Part shown: positions 1 through 12,276 of the stretch, piece after piece
How positions within the stretch are numbered: the first letter of the stretch is position 1
Layout of the letters: the number at the start of each line of letters is the position of its first letter
DNA from: Heptranchias perlo
Lineage: Eukaryota
Assembly (NCBI RefSeq): GCF_035084215.1
Contig: NC_090327.1
Span: 113,212,001 to 113,276,000, forward strand
Reading direction: 5' to 3'
Length of the DNA stretch: 64,000 bases
Notes under the pieces: generated by a model
The model's input: the letters and a program-made list of their open reading frames with translations, nothing else
The model's database searches: none
What the model was told of the DNA's origin: nothing
Program-made: the position numbers and the translations under genes

Positions 1-820
1 GACTATCGAATCCCCTGTAACAACTGCATTTCTTGTGCCTCCTGTGCAGCCGAGTCTCCCATGGTGCAGTGGAATTGCTCCTGATTGCGCTCCCCCGAGA
101 TGTCATCACCCTCACTGGTATTCAACACTGAATACTGGTTTGTGAGTGCCACACTCCCAGGGGACTCCTGCACTGTCTGCCTGATCCTCCTAGTCTGTCT
201 GGTGGTGACCCACTCCCTCTCCGTCTGAACTCTCTGTATTTGCGGGGTGGCCACAAACATGCTATCCACAAAACTCTCAGCTGCCCGTATGCACTGTAGG
301 GACAGCTGCCGCTCAAGCTCTGAAACTCTGAGCTCAAACTTGAGCAGTTGGCGGCACTTCCTGCATATGTGGTTTTCCAGGACACACAAAGTGTTCTGGA
401 GTTCTCACATGGCACAGGGTGTGCATCTGATGGGCCAAAGCTGTGCCTGCCATGTAAGCTCCCAGTTATCTAAAACTGTTTGATTAGCTTTAAGGCTATT
501 TGACTGTTTAGCCAGCACCAAAACACTAACCACTAAAAACACTAAAAAACAATAACCACTAAAAAAAACCACAAACTATATATTTATATTAACTTAACAC
601 TAACCACTAAAAACACTAACCAATAAACTAAATATTTATACTAACTTAATACTAACCACTAAAAGCACTAACCAATAATCTAAATACTTACACCAACAAC
701 ACAAACTATTAAAAACACCAACCAATAAACCAATAAACTAAATGCTTATCTGGAACTTACCCCATCATTCCTCCTTATGTTGGGACGTCACTTTTTGATT
801 TTTCTCTCTGTTTCAGACTC
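1..820 (-). mobile_element. CR1 LINE 5' region (5'UTR plus degenerate ORF1), truncated by the window edge
   Basis: ORF 3..389 (HICRKC zinc-finger-like motif, leucine-zipper-like LELRVSELERQL segment, then EWVTTRQ...QESPGSVALTNQYSVL) resembles the CR1 5' regions at 10800 and 48178. The 5'UTR has AACACTAACCACTAAA-type repeats at 520-745, matching the TTAGTGG repeats at 10680-10740. Confidence 0.85.
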
Positions 821-1362
821 CCTGGGCTCGATTTTAAACCGGAATTGCAGGTGTGTTGGGGGCGAAGAAAATCGCGATTTCCAGGAGCGGACAGAAATCC
901 CGGCTCCAACACGTCTAAGAACGCACACGACCCAGAGTCATGTGGGTGCGCACGCCGTACCCGAACCCGGAAGCCCCGCCTGCAATTAAAGCCGGTGGGA
1001 CGATATTTAAACAAGCAATTCAAGTACTTGAAGTACTTGAAATGTACATGAATCTAATTAAGAGTGAAGTTAAGCGATTTCAACACTGCCTCAGTGTGTT
1101 TCCCGTGCTATGTGAAACACGCCATGGGGAACGAGTCGTGTTTCAGCCGGCAGCCATTTGGACATTTAAATCCTTGTTTGACAGATGGGGATAAAAGGTG
1201 AGTTATTGCAGTAGGGCACTCAGTTCTCTCAGACAAACTTTTGGCTGGGAGATCTTTGTGTTTAGACTGAAAATTCTTGGTTTCCACTCAGAATTGTTCT
1301 GTTTACTCATATTTACCAACTTTTCAGACCCCCTCAAACTGACACCATCAGGAAGGGGGCGT

Positions 1363-2526
1363 GATGGCTGCATTCATCACTACATCGAAGGACGAGCAAT
1401 ATCACCAGGCTCACCAGGCACTTCCGCCACGTGGAGCTCCACAACACCGTGCTGCGCCACAGGCACCTACACAAGAGCACAGAGAGGAACAACAGAGGGA
1501 GTGATGTCGCAGGAGGCACTACCCTCATCAGAGGGTCTACAGACCGAGGCTCAGCTTCCTGGACCTCTCTGAGGAGCAGTGCGTACAGAGGCTGAAAGTG
1601 AGTTGCCAGGTGGTCGCAGACATCTGCAGCCTCCTTCATGCCGAGCTGCTCCCGGCTGGCCCGAGCAGCATCTCCTTACCCATCGCTGTCAAAGTCACCA
1701 CTGCCCTCAACTTCTTCGCGTCCGGATCATTCCAGGGTGCCACTGGAGACATCGTCGGCATCTCTCAGTCATCTGCACACAGCTTGTTTCGCAGAGCCTC
1801 GCACTACATCAGCATCCCCATGGACGACCTCAGCCAGACAGAGAGGGCAGTGGGATTCCACTCTGTGGCTGGCTTCCCACGGGTACAGGGTGCAATTGAT
1901 TGCACCCAAATAGCAAAATGAGGACCTCCACATGAGCCAGGACTGTTCATCAATAGGAAGGGCTATCACTCTATCAACTCTCAGCTTGTTTATGACCACC
2001 ATAAAAGATTCCTTCACGTCTGCGCCAGATTCCCTGGCAGCTGCCACTATTCCTTCATTCTGAGAGAATCCAACATCCCGGGCCTCTTCCACGCACCAAA
2101 CACCCTTAAGGGCTGGCTCCTCGGGGACAAAGGGATACACCCTGCACACGTGGCTCATGACACCTCTGAGGAACCCCATCAGCGAACAACAGCGTCAATA
2201 CAACGACAGCCACATCGTCACCAGGTCTATAATTGAACATGCTATAGGGCTGCTGAAGGTGCCATTTCGGTGCCTCGATCATTCTGGGGGAGCGCTTCAA
2301 TACGGACCAGAGAGAGTGGGTCGCTTTATAGTAGTTGTGTTGTGTCCTGCACAATATGGCACATCAGAGAGGGGTGCCGCCTGAGGAGGCCCCATCCACA
2401 TCTGCCATCCACGTTGAGGAGGAGGAGGAGGAGATGGAGGAGGTGGAGGAACCCATGGGCAGGGCAATGGCTCAGCTAGCTGCTCATGAGGCCAGGGAGT
2501 CACTCGTATGTGATCGGTTCTCGTAA
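1363..2526 (+). pseudogene. Harbinger (HARBI1-like, DDE_Tnp_4) transposase pseudogene, arm A
   Basis: Motifs VKVTTALNFFASGSFQ, GFPRVQGAIDCT, NRKGYHSIN, LGDKG, IIEHAIGLLK, RCLDHSG and CCVLHN across several frames. Stop at 1919-1921 and frameshifts. The start coordinate is approximate. Confidence 0.9.
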
Positions 2527-2849
2527 GATCAGAAAGTGAGAAGAATCCAGTCCTCACACTACCTGGAAAGACCAGCGCCAACACCAGTAACCCCCCCACC
2601 CGCACCCCCTGCACAAAACAGTCCTGCAACTACACATACACCCACTGTAAAGTGACCCAATGGGTGGTATCAAGTGTCACCATTCATGGTGGACATCATG
2701 AAAGCGCGCTATCACAAAAGCCAGTCAAGAATGGACAAGACATGGCAGTAGTGGTGAGAATGATAACATTTAGTGTGACTAACAAAAAACAAATATAAAT
2801 GAAAAACATGACAGTTCTGTCAGACACCCTTGTGCATAACCTTCGTGAT

Positions 2850-4172
2850 CACAAAACCTTCGCCTTTCTCTTCCTACCACTTCTACGTGGTGCATCCCCT
2901 GTGCCTGCAGTAGAGGTAGTGGTAGATTGCTCATGTCCAGCTTAGATGCTTTCGGCCTACTCCCTCTGGGTTTTGGAACCTGTGAGGGCCCCTCCAAAGA
3001 CTGCTCCTCCTGCACCTGTGCAGGGGCAGACTCGGCCACCTGGAGAGGAGGCAGCATTGTGGGTACTGGTTGAGAGGGGGGCAACGGGTGAGATGTGGGA
3101 GCACTTTGAGTAGCGTCCCCACTTCCATGTCCCCATTCGTCATCATCCCTCTCCTGGACCAGGCCCACATCACTCCTACCACTTTGCTGGAGAACAGTTT
3201 GGAGGACATATATGATGCTCTGGAAGTCCAGTTGTAAAGTATCTGTCAGCTTGTTTAAGGCGGCAGAGTGCTGTTCACGGTGAATCCGAACGGCCGTCGC
3301 AGGGCCTGAATGGATTCATTTGTGAGTTGTGCTTGAAGCTCAATGGAGGCTAGCCTTCTCTCCATTGCAGATATTCCCGCACTTACCTGCGCCACTATCT
3401 CAGACATTTCAGCAGTTACCTGTGACACTATCTCAGACAGTTGCTTACATCCTGCGCCACTATCTCAGAGATTCCTCCCATACCTGTGCCACCATTCCAC
3501 TCATGCAGGAGTTGGGCTCCTCCATCCTCTGTTCTATTGTGGAGAGTGCGCGTGGCACCAGTTCCAGTACCTCGCAAATGTGCTGCTGTCCCTCGATCAT
3601 TCTCCTTTTAAAGGATGGCCCCCGGTGTTCAGCATCTGCGTCCAGCTGAGCAGAGTATGGAGAGGAGTGCGCCCACCGACACGGACTCTCCACAGCTGCC
3701 CCTGCCACTAATGTCTGCTCGTGCTCACTTGTGTGTGATGACTCACCAGGTGCCAACCCAACTACTCACTACTAAGACACTCCGAGGTGTGAGCATCTAC
3801 GCTGGTGGATGGCTCGCTAAGATGTGATGGTGCACCCTCAGAGGCCGGCAGGTCCTCCGAGGAATCGCCCTCTGCCGTCATTGCAGTCGTTGAACGGCCT
3901 GTAAGAGAACAGAAGGCAATATTAATCATCATCACAGATGTGTCATGTTGTGATGAGCATTCTGAGGTGTTGAACATGGCAAGGCATGTTAACATCAATT
4001 CCTGTTGTTTGTGATGAATGTTAAAGTTGTGTCACCAGATGTTTGTCGGGTGCCAGTACAGGCACCCCTGATGGACAGGCACTCGATGGTGCGGCTGATC
4101 TCCAGCGCCACCTGCTCCGCGTCTGTGAGGACCATTATTTGTTGTGGCCCCCCCTCCAGTCCTTGCCCTCTC
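2850..4172 (-). pseudogene. 3' exons of the Harbinger Myb/SANT-like accessory gene (5' exon missing)
   Basis: Begins abruptly at ERARTGG (~4170), with an intron acceptor ttctcttacag at ~3900. GPSFKRRMIEGQQHICEVL and QVQEEQSLEGPS are homologous to GPAMKRRLLEAQQQLCEVL and EMQEEQSVAGPS in the element at 52691-56588. Confidence 0.75.
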
Positions 4173-4236
4173 GGGGGGGGGCTGGTTTTGGTGCTGCTCT
4201 TTCCAGGTGGTGTGAGGACTGGACTCTTCACACATG

Positions 4237-5370
4237 TTAGGAAAACTGTTCACGTATGAGTGACTCCCTGGTCTCATGAGCAGCCAGATGAGTCGCTGCT
4301 CTGCCCATGGGTTCGTTCTCCTCCTCCGCCTCAATGTGAATGGCAGATGTGGATGGGGCCTCCTCAAGAGGCACCCCGCTCTGTTGTGCCATGTTGTGCA
4401 GGACACAACACACTACTATAATGCGTCCCACTCTGTCTGGTTCGTATTGAAGTGCTCCCCCAGAACGATCAAGGCACCTAAATTGCATCTTGAGCAGCCC
4501 TATAACATGCTCAATTGTAGACCTGGTGGCGATGTGGCTGTCATTATATCAATGCTGTTGCTCGGTGATGAGGTACCTCAGAGATGTCATGAGCCACGTG
4601 TTCAGGGGGTATCCCTTGTCCCCGAGGAGCCAGCCCTTAAGGGTGTTTGGTGCGTGGAAGAGGCCCGGGATGTTGGATTCTCTCAGAATGAAGGAATAGT
4701 GGCAGCTGCCAGGGAATCTGGCGCAGACGTGAAGGAATCTTTTATGGTGGTCATAAACAAGCTGAGAGTTGATAGAGTGATAGCCCTTCCTATTGATGAA
4801 CAGTCCTGGCTCATGTGGAGGTCCTCATTTTGCTATTTGGGTGCAATCAATTGCACCCTGTACCCGTGGGAAGCCAGCCACAGAGTGGAATCCCACTGCC
4901 CTCTCTGTCTGGCTGAGGTCGTCCATGGGGAAGCTGATGTAGTGCGAGGCTCTGCGAAACAAGCTGTGTGCAGATGACTGAGAGATGCCGACGATGTCTC
5001 CAGTGGCACCCTGGAATGATCAGGACGCGAAGAAGTTGAGGGCAGTGGTGACTTTGACAGCGATGGGTAAGGAGATGCTGCTCGGGCCAGCCGGGAGCAG
5101 CTCAGCATGAAGGAGGCTGCAGATGTCTGCGACCTCCTGGCAACTCACTCTGAGCCTCCGTACACACTGCTGCTCAGAGAGGTCGAGGGAGCTGAGCCTC
5201 AGTCTGTAGACCCTGTGGTGAGGGTAGTGCCTCCTGCGATCTCGCTTCCTGTTATTGCCCTTGTGCAGGTCCCTGTGGCGCAGCACTGTGTTGTGGAGCT
5301 TCACGTGGCGGAGGTGGTTGGTGATGTTGCTCATCCTCGGATGTACTGTTGAATGCAGCCATCGTTCCCC
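4237..5370 (-). pseudogene. Harbinger transposase pseudogene, arm B (inverted copy)
   Basis: Same motifs as arm A (ORFs 5020..5517, 4833..5108, and 4237..4488 with FRCLDRSGGALQY and CCVLHN). Extra TGA stop at ~5020. Confidence 0.9.
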
Positions 5371-6099
5371 CGATCCTGATGGTGTCAGTTTGAGGGGGTC
5401 TGAAAAGTTAGTAAATATGTGTGAATAGAAGAATTCTGAGTGGAAAGTAAGAATTTTCAGTGAAAACACAAAGATATCCCAGCCAAAAGAACTGATTGCC
5501 CTGCTCCAATAACTCACCTTTGATCCCTATCTGTCAAACAAGCATTTGAATGTCCAACTGGCTGCTGGCTGAAACCCATCTGGTAGAACATGGAGTGTTT
5601 CCCCACAGCACGGAAAACACACCGAGGTTGTTTGAAGATCAGACCCCTGCCTCAATGTGCACAAAATTAAGTACTTAAAGTACTTCAAGTATCTAGATAA
5701 GTCTCTTAACTATCATCCCATCAGCTTTAATTACCGGTGAGACTTCCGCATTGGTGAGGCACGCAGGCACCCAGACACGTCAGTGGGGAACCTGGACGTC
5801 TGCGGGTTGGAGCCGTGTTCCGAACCTGCTAGGGATTTCCCCAATTTTCGGAGCCCCCCCAGCCCCCAACGCACCCGCTACTTCATTCTAAAATCGGGGC
5901 CATGGTGATCAGAATCACGGGAATTCCTTGATGAAGCACAGTCTCTTTATAACCGTGCCATGTAAAATCTAATCTGTATTGAATGTAATCCTGCTATGAG
6001 TTGTTGACATGGAGTTTTCATATTGCCTGTGCCATATTACTATGCTTGTTGCCTCTGTGTGATATTTATGGACCAACCTTGCATGACAAAAATATTATT

Positions 6100-6745
6100 G
6101 GCCCCAAATTTAACTCCCCCTGCCTGGTTTTCACTGGGGGCAATTAAAATGAGGGGAGGGGAGGGGAGGGGAACGTCTTACCCCCCCCCCCCCCCCCCCC
6201 CCGCCGCCCGATCCCACTGCCTTCCTGACGGGTCTGAATAGTAACCTCCATTATTGAGCAGGCGAGCAGGACACCTGTCCCAAGCTGATGGGGTCCCACA
6301 TTTAAATATGCAGATCAGGGCCCGATGATGCCAGAAGAGGCCCAGGCAGGTCAGTTTTAAAATCACAATCTCAGGAATCGTATGTTTCATATTTTCTTAG
6401 CAGGTTAATAGGTTTCCTTGTGGAGCAGGGGTGCTGCTGCAGGCCTCACAAGGAAGCCTTGGGCCTCCCTTGTCTCGGGCTCCTCCCCTCCCCCGATTGC
6501 CTTCGTCCTCCGTCCCCCCCCCTCTCCCCCTCCCCCCCCCCCCCCTTACCACTTACCTGAATGCCGTGGACTGATCACGCAGGTCCCTGGCTGTGGCCTC
6601 CTGCCTGTGATCTTCCGGTGCCTCCGGCCGGCCAGGTAATGAGGCACGCTTGTTAAGATCAGCCGAGCCTCCATGTCCCCGGACTCCCCGGGTGCGCCAC
6701 CTGCTTTGGGGCTCGCACGGCCCCTTTAATATCAGGGCTATGGTG
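6100..6745. mobile_element. GC-rich Harbinger-type MITE remnant
   Basis: Starts GGCCCCAAATTTAAC, similar to other Harbinger termini here. Internal ATTTAAATATGCA motif and C-runs as in the other MITEs. Right end uncertain (~TTAATATCAGGGC). Confidence 0.5.
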
Positions 6746-7889
6746 TTTTTACAGTTTACAAGCACCTACACAGCCTGGTTGCGGAGTCTGGCTTTTCTCA
6801 GTAGCCATTGAGTTCTTTTCAAAAAAAAGTTTGTGTACCCTAGAGCTGAATTAATGAACTCTTCAACATTTATATTTGTTAAGTGAGTCATTAGCTGCTT
6901 GAAAAATGATAAAAGATCATTATTGCAGATGCATCACTTCTGCGAACAAAATCACAATCTCAGGAATCGTATGTTTCATATTTTCTTAGCAGTTTATGAT
7001 AAAAGGTAATGCTTTTAACCACTTATTGACAAAAGAGGAATATATGGCCCCCAGGGACCATTGACAAGGTACTAGAGTTTGTATCAATCATGGTGAAGTA
7101 TGACACTGACGGACCAGAATAATGTTCATTTAAACATGCTCCTCTTTGGTTGATGTTCAAAATACCACCTGAGTTCAATCAACAGCATAAGCGATTTCTG
7201 GAAACCCAGTCAGAGAGCAGAAGGTCTGCCTAATGACAGACTTTTAGTCCGGGAAAGATAACATTTCATGCTGGCCTTTAAAAAAAAATGTTGTTTGCAA
7301 TGCAAACTTTTTATTTAGCCAATTTTAGATTTTCTGTTTTCAATGCAGATGCTGTAATTTGTTTTCTTTGTGACTGCTGCTGAAAGATGCTGTTCTAGCT
7401 CAAATAGTAGATAGGTAATCAATAGCAAAAAGTGCCTTATTGCCTCTAATGTTGAGTTGAAAGGAATAATTGGATGCATTAGAGCAACTTGACTATATAG
7501 CATTCATTCAGACATAATGCTGCACATTCAAGCATAGCAATTCACCTAAATGGGGGTTCAACAACATATGTACAAGACGCGTACCAGGGAGTGCCTCAGC
7601 TACAACTGTCCTAGAAAACAAGCACCATGTGCCACTGGGTCAACTTTTAGATTACAACATTGGGTCAAATAAGCCAAGGGAACACTCAAACTATACCCAA
7701 CTATATAAAACGTTGCCACACACACAGTGAAGATTTTCTCTACGCACTGCAGCAACTTACTCGGAAGGGCGTATTCAGTGATGCTGCACTGTCGGAGTTG
7801 TTACCTTGGAACACGTGCCAGGGAGTTGGAGCAATAGGGGCCCATTTTTGTCATGCTACTGCCTTGTGTACACCTGTAAACAGGGCAGT

Positions 7890-8527
7890 AGTGCACTGAA
7901 AATTGAAAAAAATCAGTCAACTTATCGCTAGAGATCCGCTCATCGCAGTTTTTGTGCGGAACCCGATATAAGCAGCCAGCACTCTCCCCAGAAACAGGTG
8001 GGGGGCCTAATAAATATCTGTAAATAGGGGTCAAATGATGCAGTTAAGACCCCAACATGATTTTCTTGTCAATTAGCACTGCCACTGCTACTTTCACTAA
8101 TTGTGGCCAGTACAGGTCAGGAGGCGGCCATTCCCAGCTCCACTGAAAGAGATTAGCAGCTGCAGTAAGGGCAAGCTGGAAGCAGGTCTGTCACATGTTC
8201 CTTGATTCCTTTCGGAGTTTTGAGTCTTAAGGCTTCCTTAACCTCAACTCCTTAATGCTGGGAGCGCTGTTTAAATTTCTCTCATGCTGAAATAATCACC
8301 TCCGTTAACCCCCTGATCTTTGCAGCCTTTCCCCTTTAAGGTACTGCTGCAGGCCCATGGTCAGTGTACCGATCCCTCCACAAACAGCACGCTACCTATA
8401 AGCAGCGCGATTAACGTTGGCAGCTCAACTGAATGAGGCCTGACCACCGATCGGGCCTCCTGCTGATACTATCAGGTTGGTGGTGTGGGCACACCCCTAG
8501 CTGCGCGACAAGTGAATATCGCCCCCA
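7890..8527. mobile_element. Probable Harbinger-type MITE remnant
   Basis: GC/CpG-richer island ending GTGAATATCGCCCCC, which resembles a Harbinger right terminus. Left boundary approximate. Confidence 0.35.
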
Positions 8528-8957
8528 TAATGTTATAATTCTATCTCCAACTCGCGTGCTCATCTAGCAAAGTTCCACTCCAGGAATGAACGTCCCTGTA
8601 GTACACAGAGGAATGTTCCATGATAAAGAAACCAAGTATTCAACTTAGCTCATTATTGGTCAGAGTCCATTAATTCAGTGAAATGATGTATATATCCTTC
8701 CTGCAGAATAATTAAGCACATCCACTTTACATTTTACATTACATCCATCCCATGTTTTGTGGTCGATGCATTCAACTAAGTGACTGACACAAGAAATGCA
8801 CAGAGGGGATCTCAGCTGGGAGCACAAGGGTGATGAAGATGGTGGAATGGACAGCATGCACCATATATTTGAACTTTTTAGACAAAAAGGTGTTCGATAT
8901 GTTTTTATTCACTCCATTTTATGAAACATATAAATTGCATGAATAATCTGCAAAAAC

Positions 8958-10165
8958 TTCCTTCCCTTTCTCTCCTGAAGATGTTAGGGGGAATCTTCAA
9001 CTTCCGCCCAAAGCCAGTGTCTGGAGACCTGAACCATTTCCAGGTTTGGGCCTCATTTGAATGTAGTTGGTGAGCCTCGCTGTAGCTGGCCTGTTGTGGA
9101 AGGGCAGGAAATCAGTTGACTTCTACACTGAGCCGGCCGGTAGGTCAGGGCTGGGAGGAGGTGGGCTCCACAGAAATAATTTTTTTAAAGTTTGGGGCCC
9201 TTTGGTGGAGCATCCCTTTAAGGCTGCTCTCTAGGCCACTCATCTCCTCGTACAAATGGGCAGAGCGTGCATTTGTACTTCAAAATTGCAATTGGGATCC
9301 TACAACAGCATAGGACCCCAATTTGCATATTTGAACAGCCTCCTTGCAGTAAGTAGTGTTGATGGGAGCAGAAAGTTGAAAAGGGACATTGATAGATTAA
9401 GTGAGTGGGCAAAACTGGCAGCTGGAGTTCAATGTGGGGAAGTGTGAAGTCATCCACTTTGGGACCTAAGAAAGATAGAACAGAGTATTTTCTAAATGGT
9501 AAGAGGATAGGAACTGTGGAGGAGCAGAGAGATTTAGGGGTCCTCACCTTGAGTACTGCATTCAGTTCTGGGCACCGCACCTCAAGAAGGATATAATGGC
9601 CTTGGAGGGGTAGTTGCGCAGATTCACCAGAATGATACCAGGGCTAAAAGGGTTAAATTATAAGGACAGGCTTGTATTCCCTCGAGTGTAGAAGATTAAG
9701 GGATGATCTAATTGAGGTGTTTAAGATGATTAAAGGAATTGATAGGGTAGATAGAGAGAAATTATTTCCTCTGGCGGGGGAGTCCAGAACAAGGGGGGCA
9801 TAACCTTAAAATTAGAGCTAGTCCATTCAGGGGTGATGTCAGGAAGCACTTCTTCACACAAAGGCTACTGGAAATCTGGAACTCTCTCCCCCAAAAAGCT
9901 GTTGAGGCTGGGGGTCAATTGAAAAATTCAAAACTGAGATAGATAGATTTTTGTTCGGAAAGGGTATTAAGGGGTAAATGGTGTTGAGGTACAGGCTTGA
10001 GGGGCTGAATGGCCTACGCCTGTTCCTATGTTCCTATTCACTCTCTGATATCTCATAGAATATTCAAGTGTGAGCCTGTTGCCCTCCAGAATTTATGAGA
10101 ACTGAGACCAATTGTAACATCCTTAGCAGATTAGCTGAGATTAGTTGACTCAGCATGGATCAGAT
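8958..10165 (-). mobile_element. LF-SINE-like relic split by a MITE fragment (~8986-9340) and a CR1
   Basis: 8958-8985 (ctttctctcctgaag) matches the LF-SINE 3' end. 10060-10160 (gtgtgagcct...ctgagaccaattgta...gctgagattagttgactcagca) matches the reverse complement of its internal and 5' part, as in the copy at 33329. Confidence 0.5.
9345..10037 (+). mobile_element. CR1 LINE 3' fragment
   Basis: RT C-terminal remnants ([18 protein letters not shown]), 3'UTR GAGGGGCTGAATGGCCTAC and a (TTCCTATG)n tail. Confidence 0.9.
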
Positions 10166-11783
10166 CTGTTTTAGATTCTCATTCAATAATTGCCATAGCT
10201 ATTGAAGACACAAACTGTGTTTAAAAAACAAAAGAAAAAGCAGCAAGTGAAAGCAAGAAAGTTCCAAAAACTTTATGTGCAGTAATGCTGAGCTAAAACA
10301 AAATACAGAAAAGTAATCTCACCATGATTTCCATTAATTCTTCCAGTTGACCAAGGTGCTGAACCAAATTCATTTATTTGCTTCAGGCAAAACTAGAGAG
10401 CATGTCACATTATTGCACTAAGCCAGTGAAGTAGTCTATGGTATATTTGAGATGGTACAGAACTAGGTGAGGCAAAGGACTGTACAATAAGGATATACAA
10501 GGATTGTTTCATGCAGATAAAAATATGAAACATATATGTTGTGATAAGTTTTATAGAGACAAAGTGAGCTGCATATCAGGCATGACTTCACTAGCTAGTA
10601 GCTTCAGGGGTAATTTTGATTTTGGGTGATAGTATAAAACAGGTGATATAATTTCAGCCACTCGTTATACATTATTGTTTTTAGTGGTTAGTGTTTTTTA
10701 GTGGTTGGTTAGTGTTTTTTAGTGGTTAGTATTTTAGTGTCAGGTAAACAGTAAAGTGCCTTAAAGCTAAACAAACAGTTAAAATAACTGTTAGCTAACA
10801 TGGCAGGACATCTGGGGCCCATTGCATGCACATCCTGTGCTATGTGGGAACTCTCAGAGTTTCTGAGCTTGAGGGGCGGCTGGCATCACTACAGCGCATA
10901 CAGGAAGCTGAGGGTTTTATGGATAGCATGTTTCAGGAGCTGGGAGGAAGTTAAAAAGCAGGACCTCAAAGGTAGTAATCTTTGCATTACTTCCAGCGCC
11001 ATGTGCTAGTGAGTATAGGAATAGTAGGATAAGACAGGTTAATGCGTGGCTGGAGCAATGTTGCAGGAGGGAGGGCTTCAGATTCCTGGGGCATTGGGAC
11101 TAGTCCTGGAGCAGGAGGGATCTGTTCAAGATGGACGGGTTGCACCTCAACAGAGCTGGGACCAATATACTCGCGGAAAGTTAACCTGTGCTGTGGGGGA
11201 GGGTTTAAACTAACTTGGCAGGGGGGTGGGCACGGTAACACAGGGGACAGGGAGGGACAAGTACCACTAGAGTAAAGAATAGTTCAGAAATAGGAGGGAT
11301 AAGATGCGGGCAAATGTGAGGCAATCTAAGATGAGATTGGAGTGCATATGCATAAATGCACGTAGCGTAGTAAATAAGATTGGTGAGCTGCAGGCTCAAG
11401 TCACCACATGGGTCTATGATATAGTGGTAAAAACAGAACTGGCTCAGAGAAGGGTGCATTGGGTACTTAATATTCCTGGCTACAAGGTATTCAGAAAAGA
11501 TAGGGAAGGAAAGATAGGAGGGGGTGGGGGTGGTGGCAGTATTGATCAAATAAATTTTTATAGCACTGGAAAGGGATGATGTAGTTGAGGGGTCAAAGAC
11601 AGAATCTATTTGGTTAGAATTAAGGAACAATAGAGGATCCATTACGCTACTGCATGTATACTATAGGCCACCAAATAGGGGAAGGAGATAGAGGGGCAAA
11701 TTTGTGGGAAATTACAGAAAGATACAAGAATTCTAGTCTTAATGGGGGACTTCAATTATCCCAATATAGACTGGGAGCCTATA

Positions 11784-12276
11784 TGTAAAGAATCTTACAA
11801 CACCAGGTTATAGTCCAACAATTTTATTTGAAAATCACAAGCTTTCGGAGATTATCTCCTTCGTCGGTTTAGTGTGGGATTCCTTGAACGTTGGTGGGGT
11901 TACCAGCGAATAAAAGTTATCTGTTTTTAATACAACGGGTCATTCTCTGTCTTTCTCTTCCTTTCGGATGTTTCTCCCTCTCTCTCTCTGTCTTTTGTTC
12001 TGGCCGTTTGTATATTCGGTGGTCCTGTAGGTAACACCTCTCTGTCTGAACACTTTGATTGCCTTGACAACGGGCAGTTGGAAAGATTATCTGTAATCAC
12101 CAGGTATTGTTCTCTGACTATAAATGCGAAACGTTCAAGGAATCCCACACTCACCTGACGAAGGAGATAATCTCCGAAAGCTTGTGATTTTCAAATAAAA
12201 TTGTTGGACTATAACCTGGTGTTGTAAGATTCTTTACATTTGTCAACCCCAGTCCATCACTGGCATCTCCACATCA
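11784..12276 (+). mobile_element. Penelope-like element pLTR fragment with inverted 5' segment
   Basis: TSD TGGGAGCCTATA (11772-11783 / 12277-12288). 11784-11891 is the reverse complement of ~12130-12238. Contains TATAAA (~12119), a hammerhead, AATAAA (~12194) and a 3' extension ending GGCATCTCCACATCA. Confidence 0.85.
12151..12187 (+). ncRNA. Minimal type I hammerhead ribozyme
   Basis: tcac-CTGACGA-a-ggaga-taa-tctcc-GAAA-gc-TT-gtga: stem I TCAC/GTGA, intact CUGANGA and GAAA boxes, 5-bp stem II, and palindromic AAGCTT in place of stem III. This is the known minimal architecture of Penelope-associated hammerheads. Confidence 0.8.

Larger units (their letters stand above)
824..5901. mobile_element. 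Composite palindromic PIF/Harbinger DNA transposon (two left ends facing each other)
   Basis: Termini GGGCTCGATTTTA (824) and TAAAATCGGGGCC (5901) are imperfect inverted repeats. Homology between 824-2595 (+) and 4172-5901 (-) extends through the subterminal region and transposase. No matching 3-bp TSD (CCT vs ATG). Confidence 0.85.

Noticed and set aside
520-745. Telomere-like repeat
   Set aside because: The irregular AACACTAACCACTAAA units are not TTAGGG and recur as part of CR1 5'UTRs at 10680 and 47935.
4276-4977. 233-aa ORF (and 1769..2179) as a novel protein
   Set aside because: It is the antisense frame of the transposase pseudogene; its duplication simply reflects the inverted repeat.
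1363-5370. Host HARBI1 gene or functional transposase
   Set aside because: Stops, frameshifts, TIRs and several related copies in the window show these are dead transposon copies, not the domesticated gene.
11835-11870. Second active hammerhead on the minus strand
   Set aside because: The core reads CCGACGA instead of CUGANGA and the 5' strand of stem I is altered.
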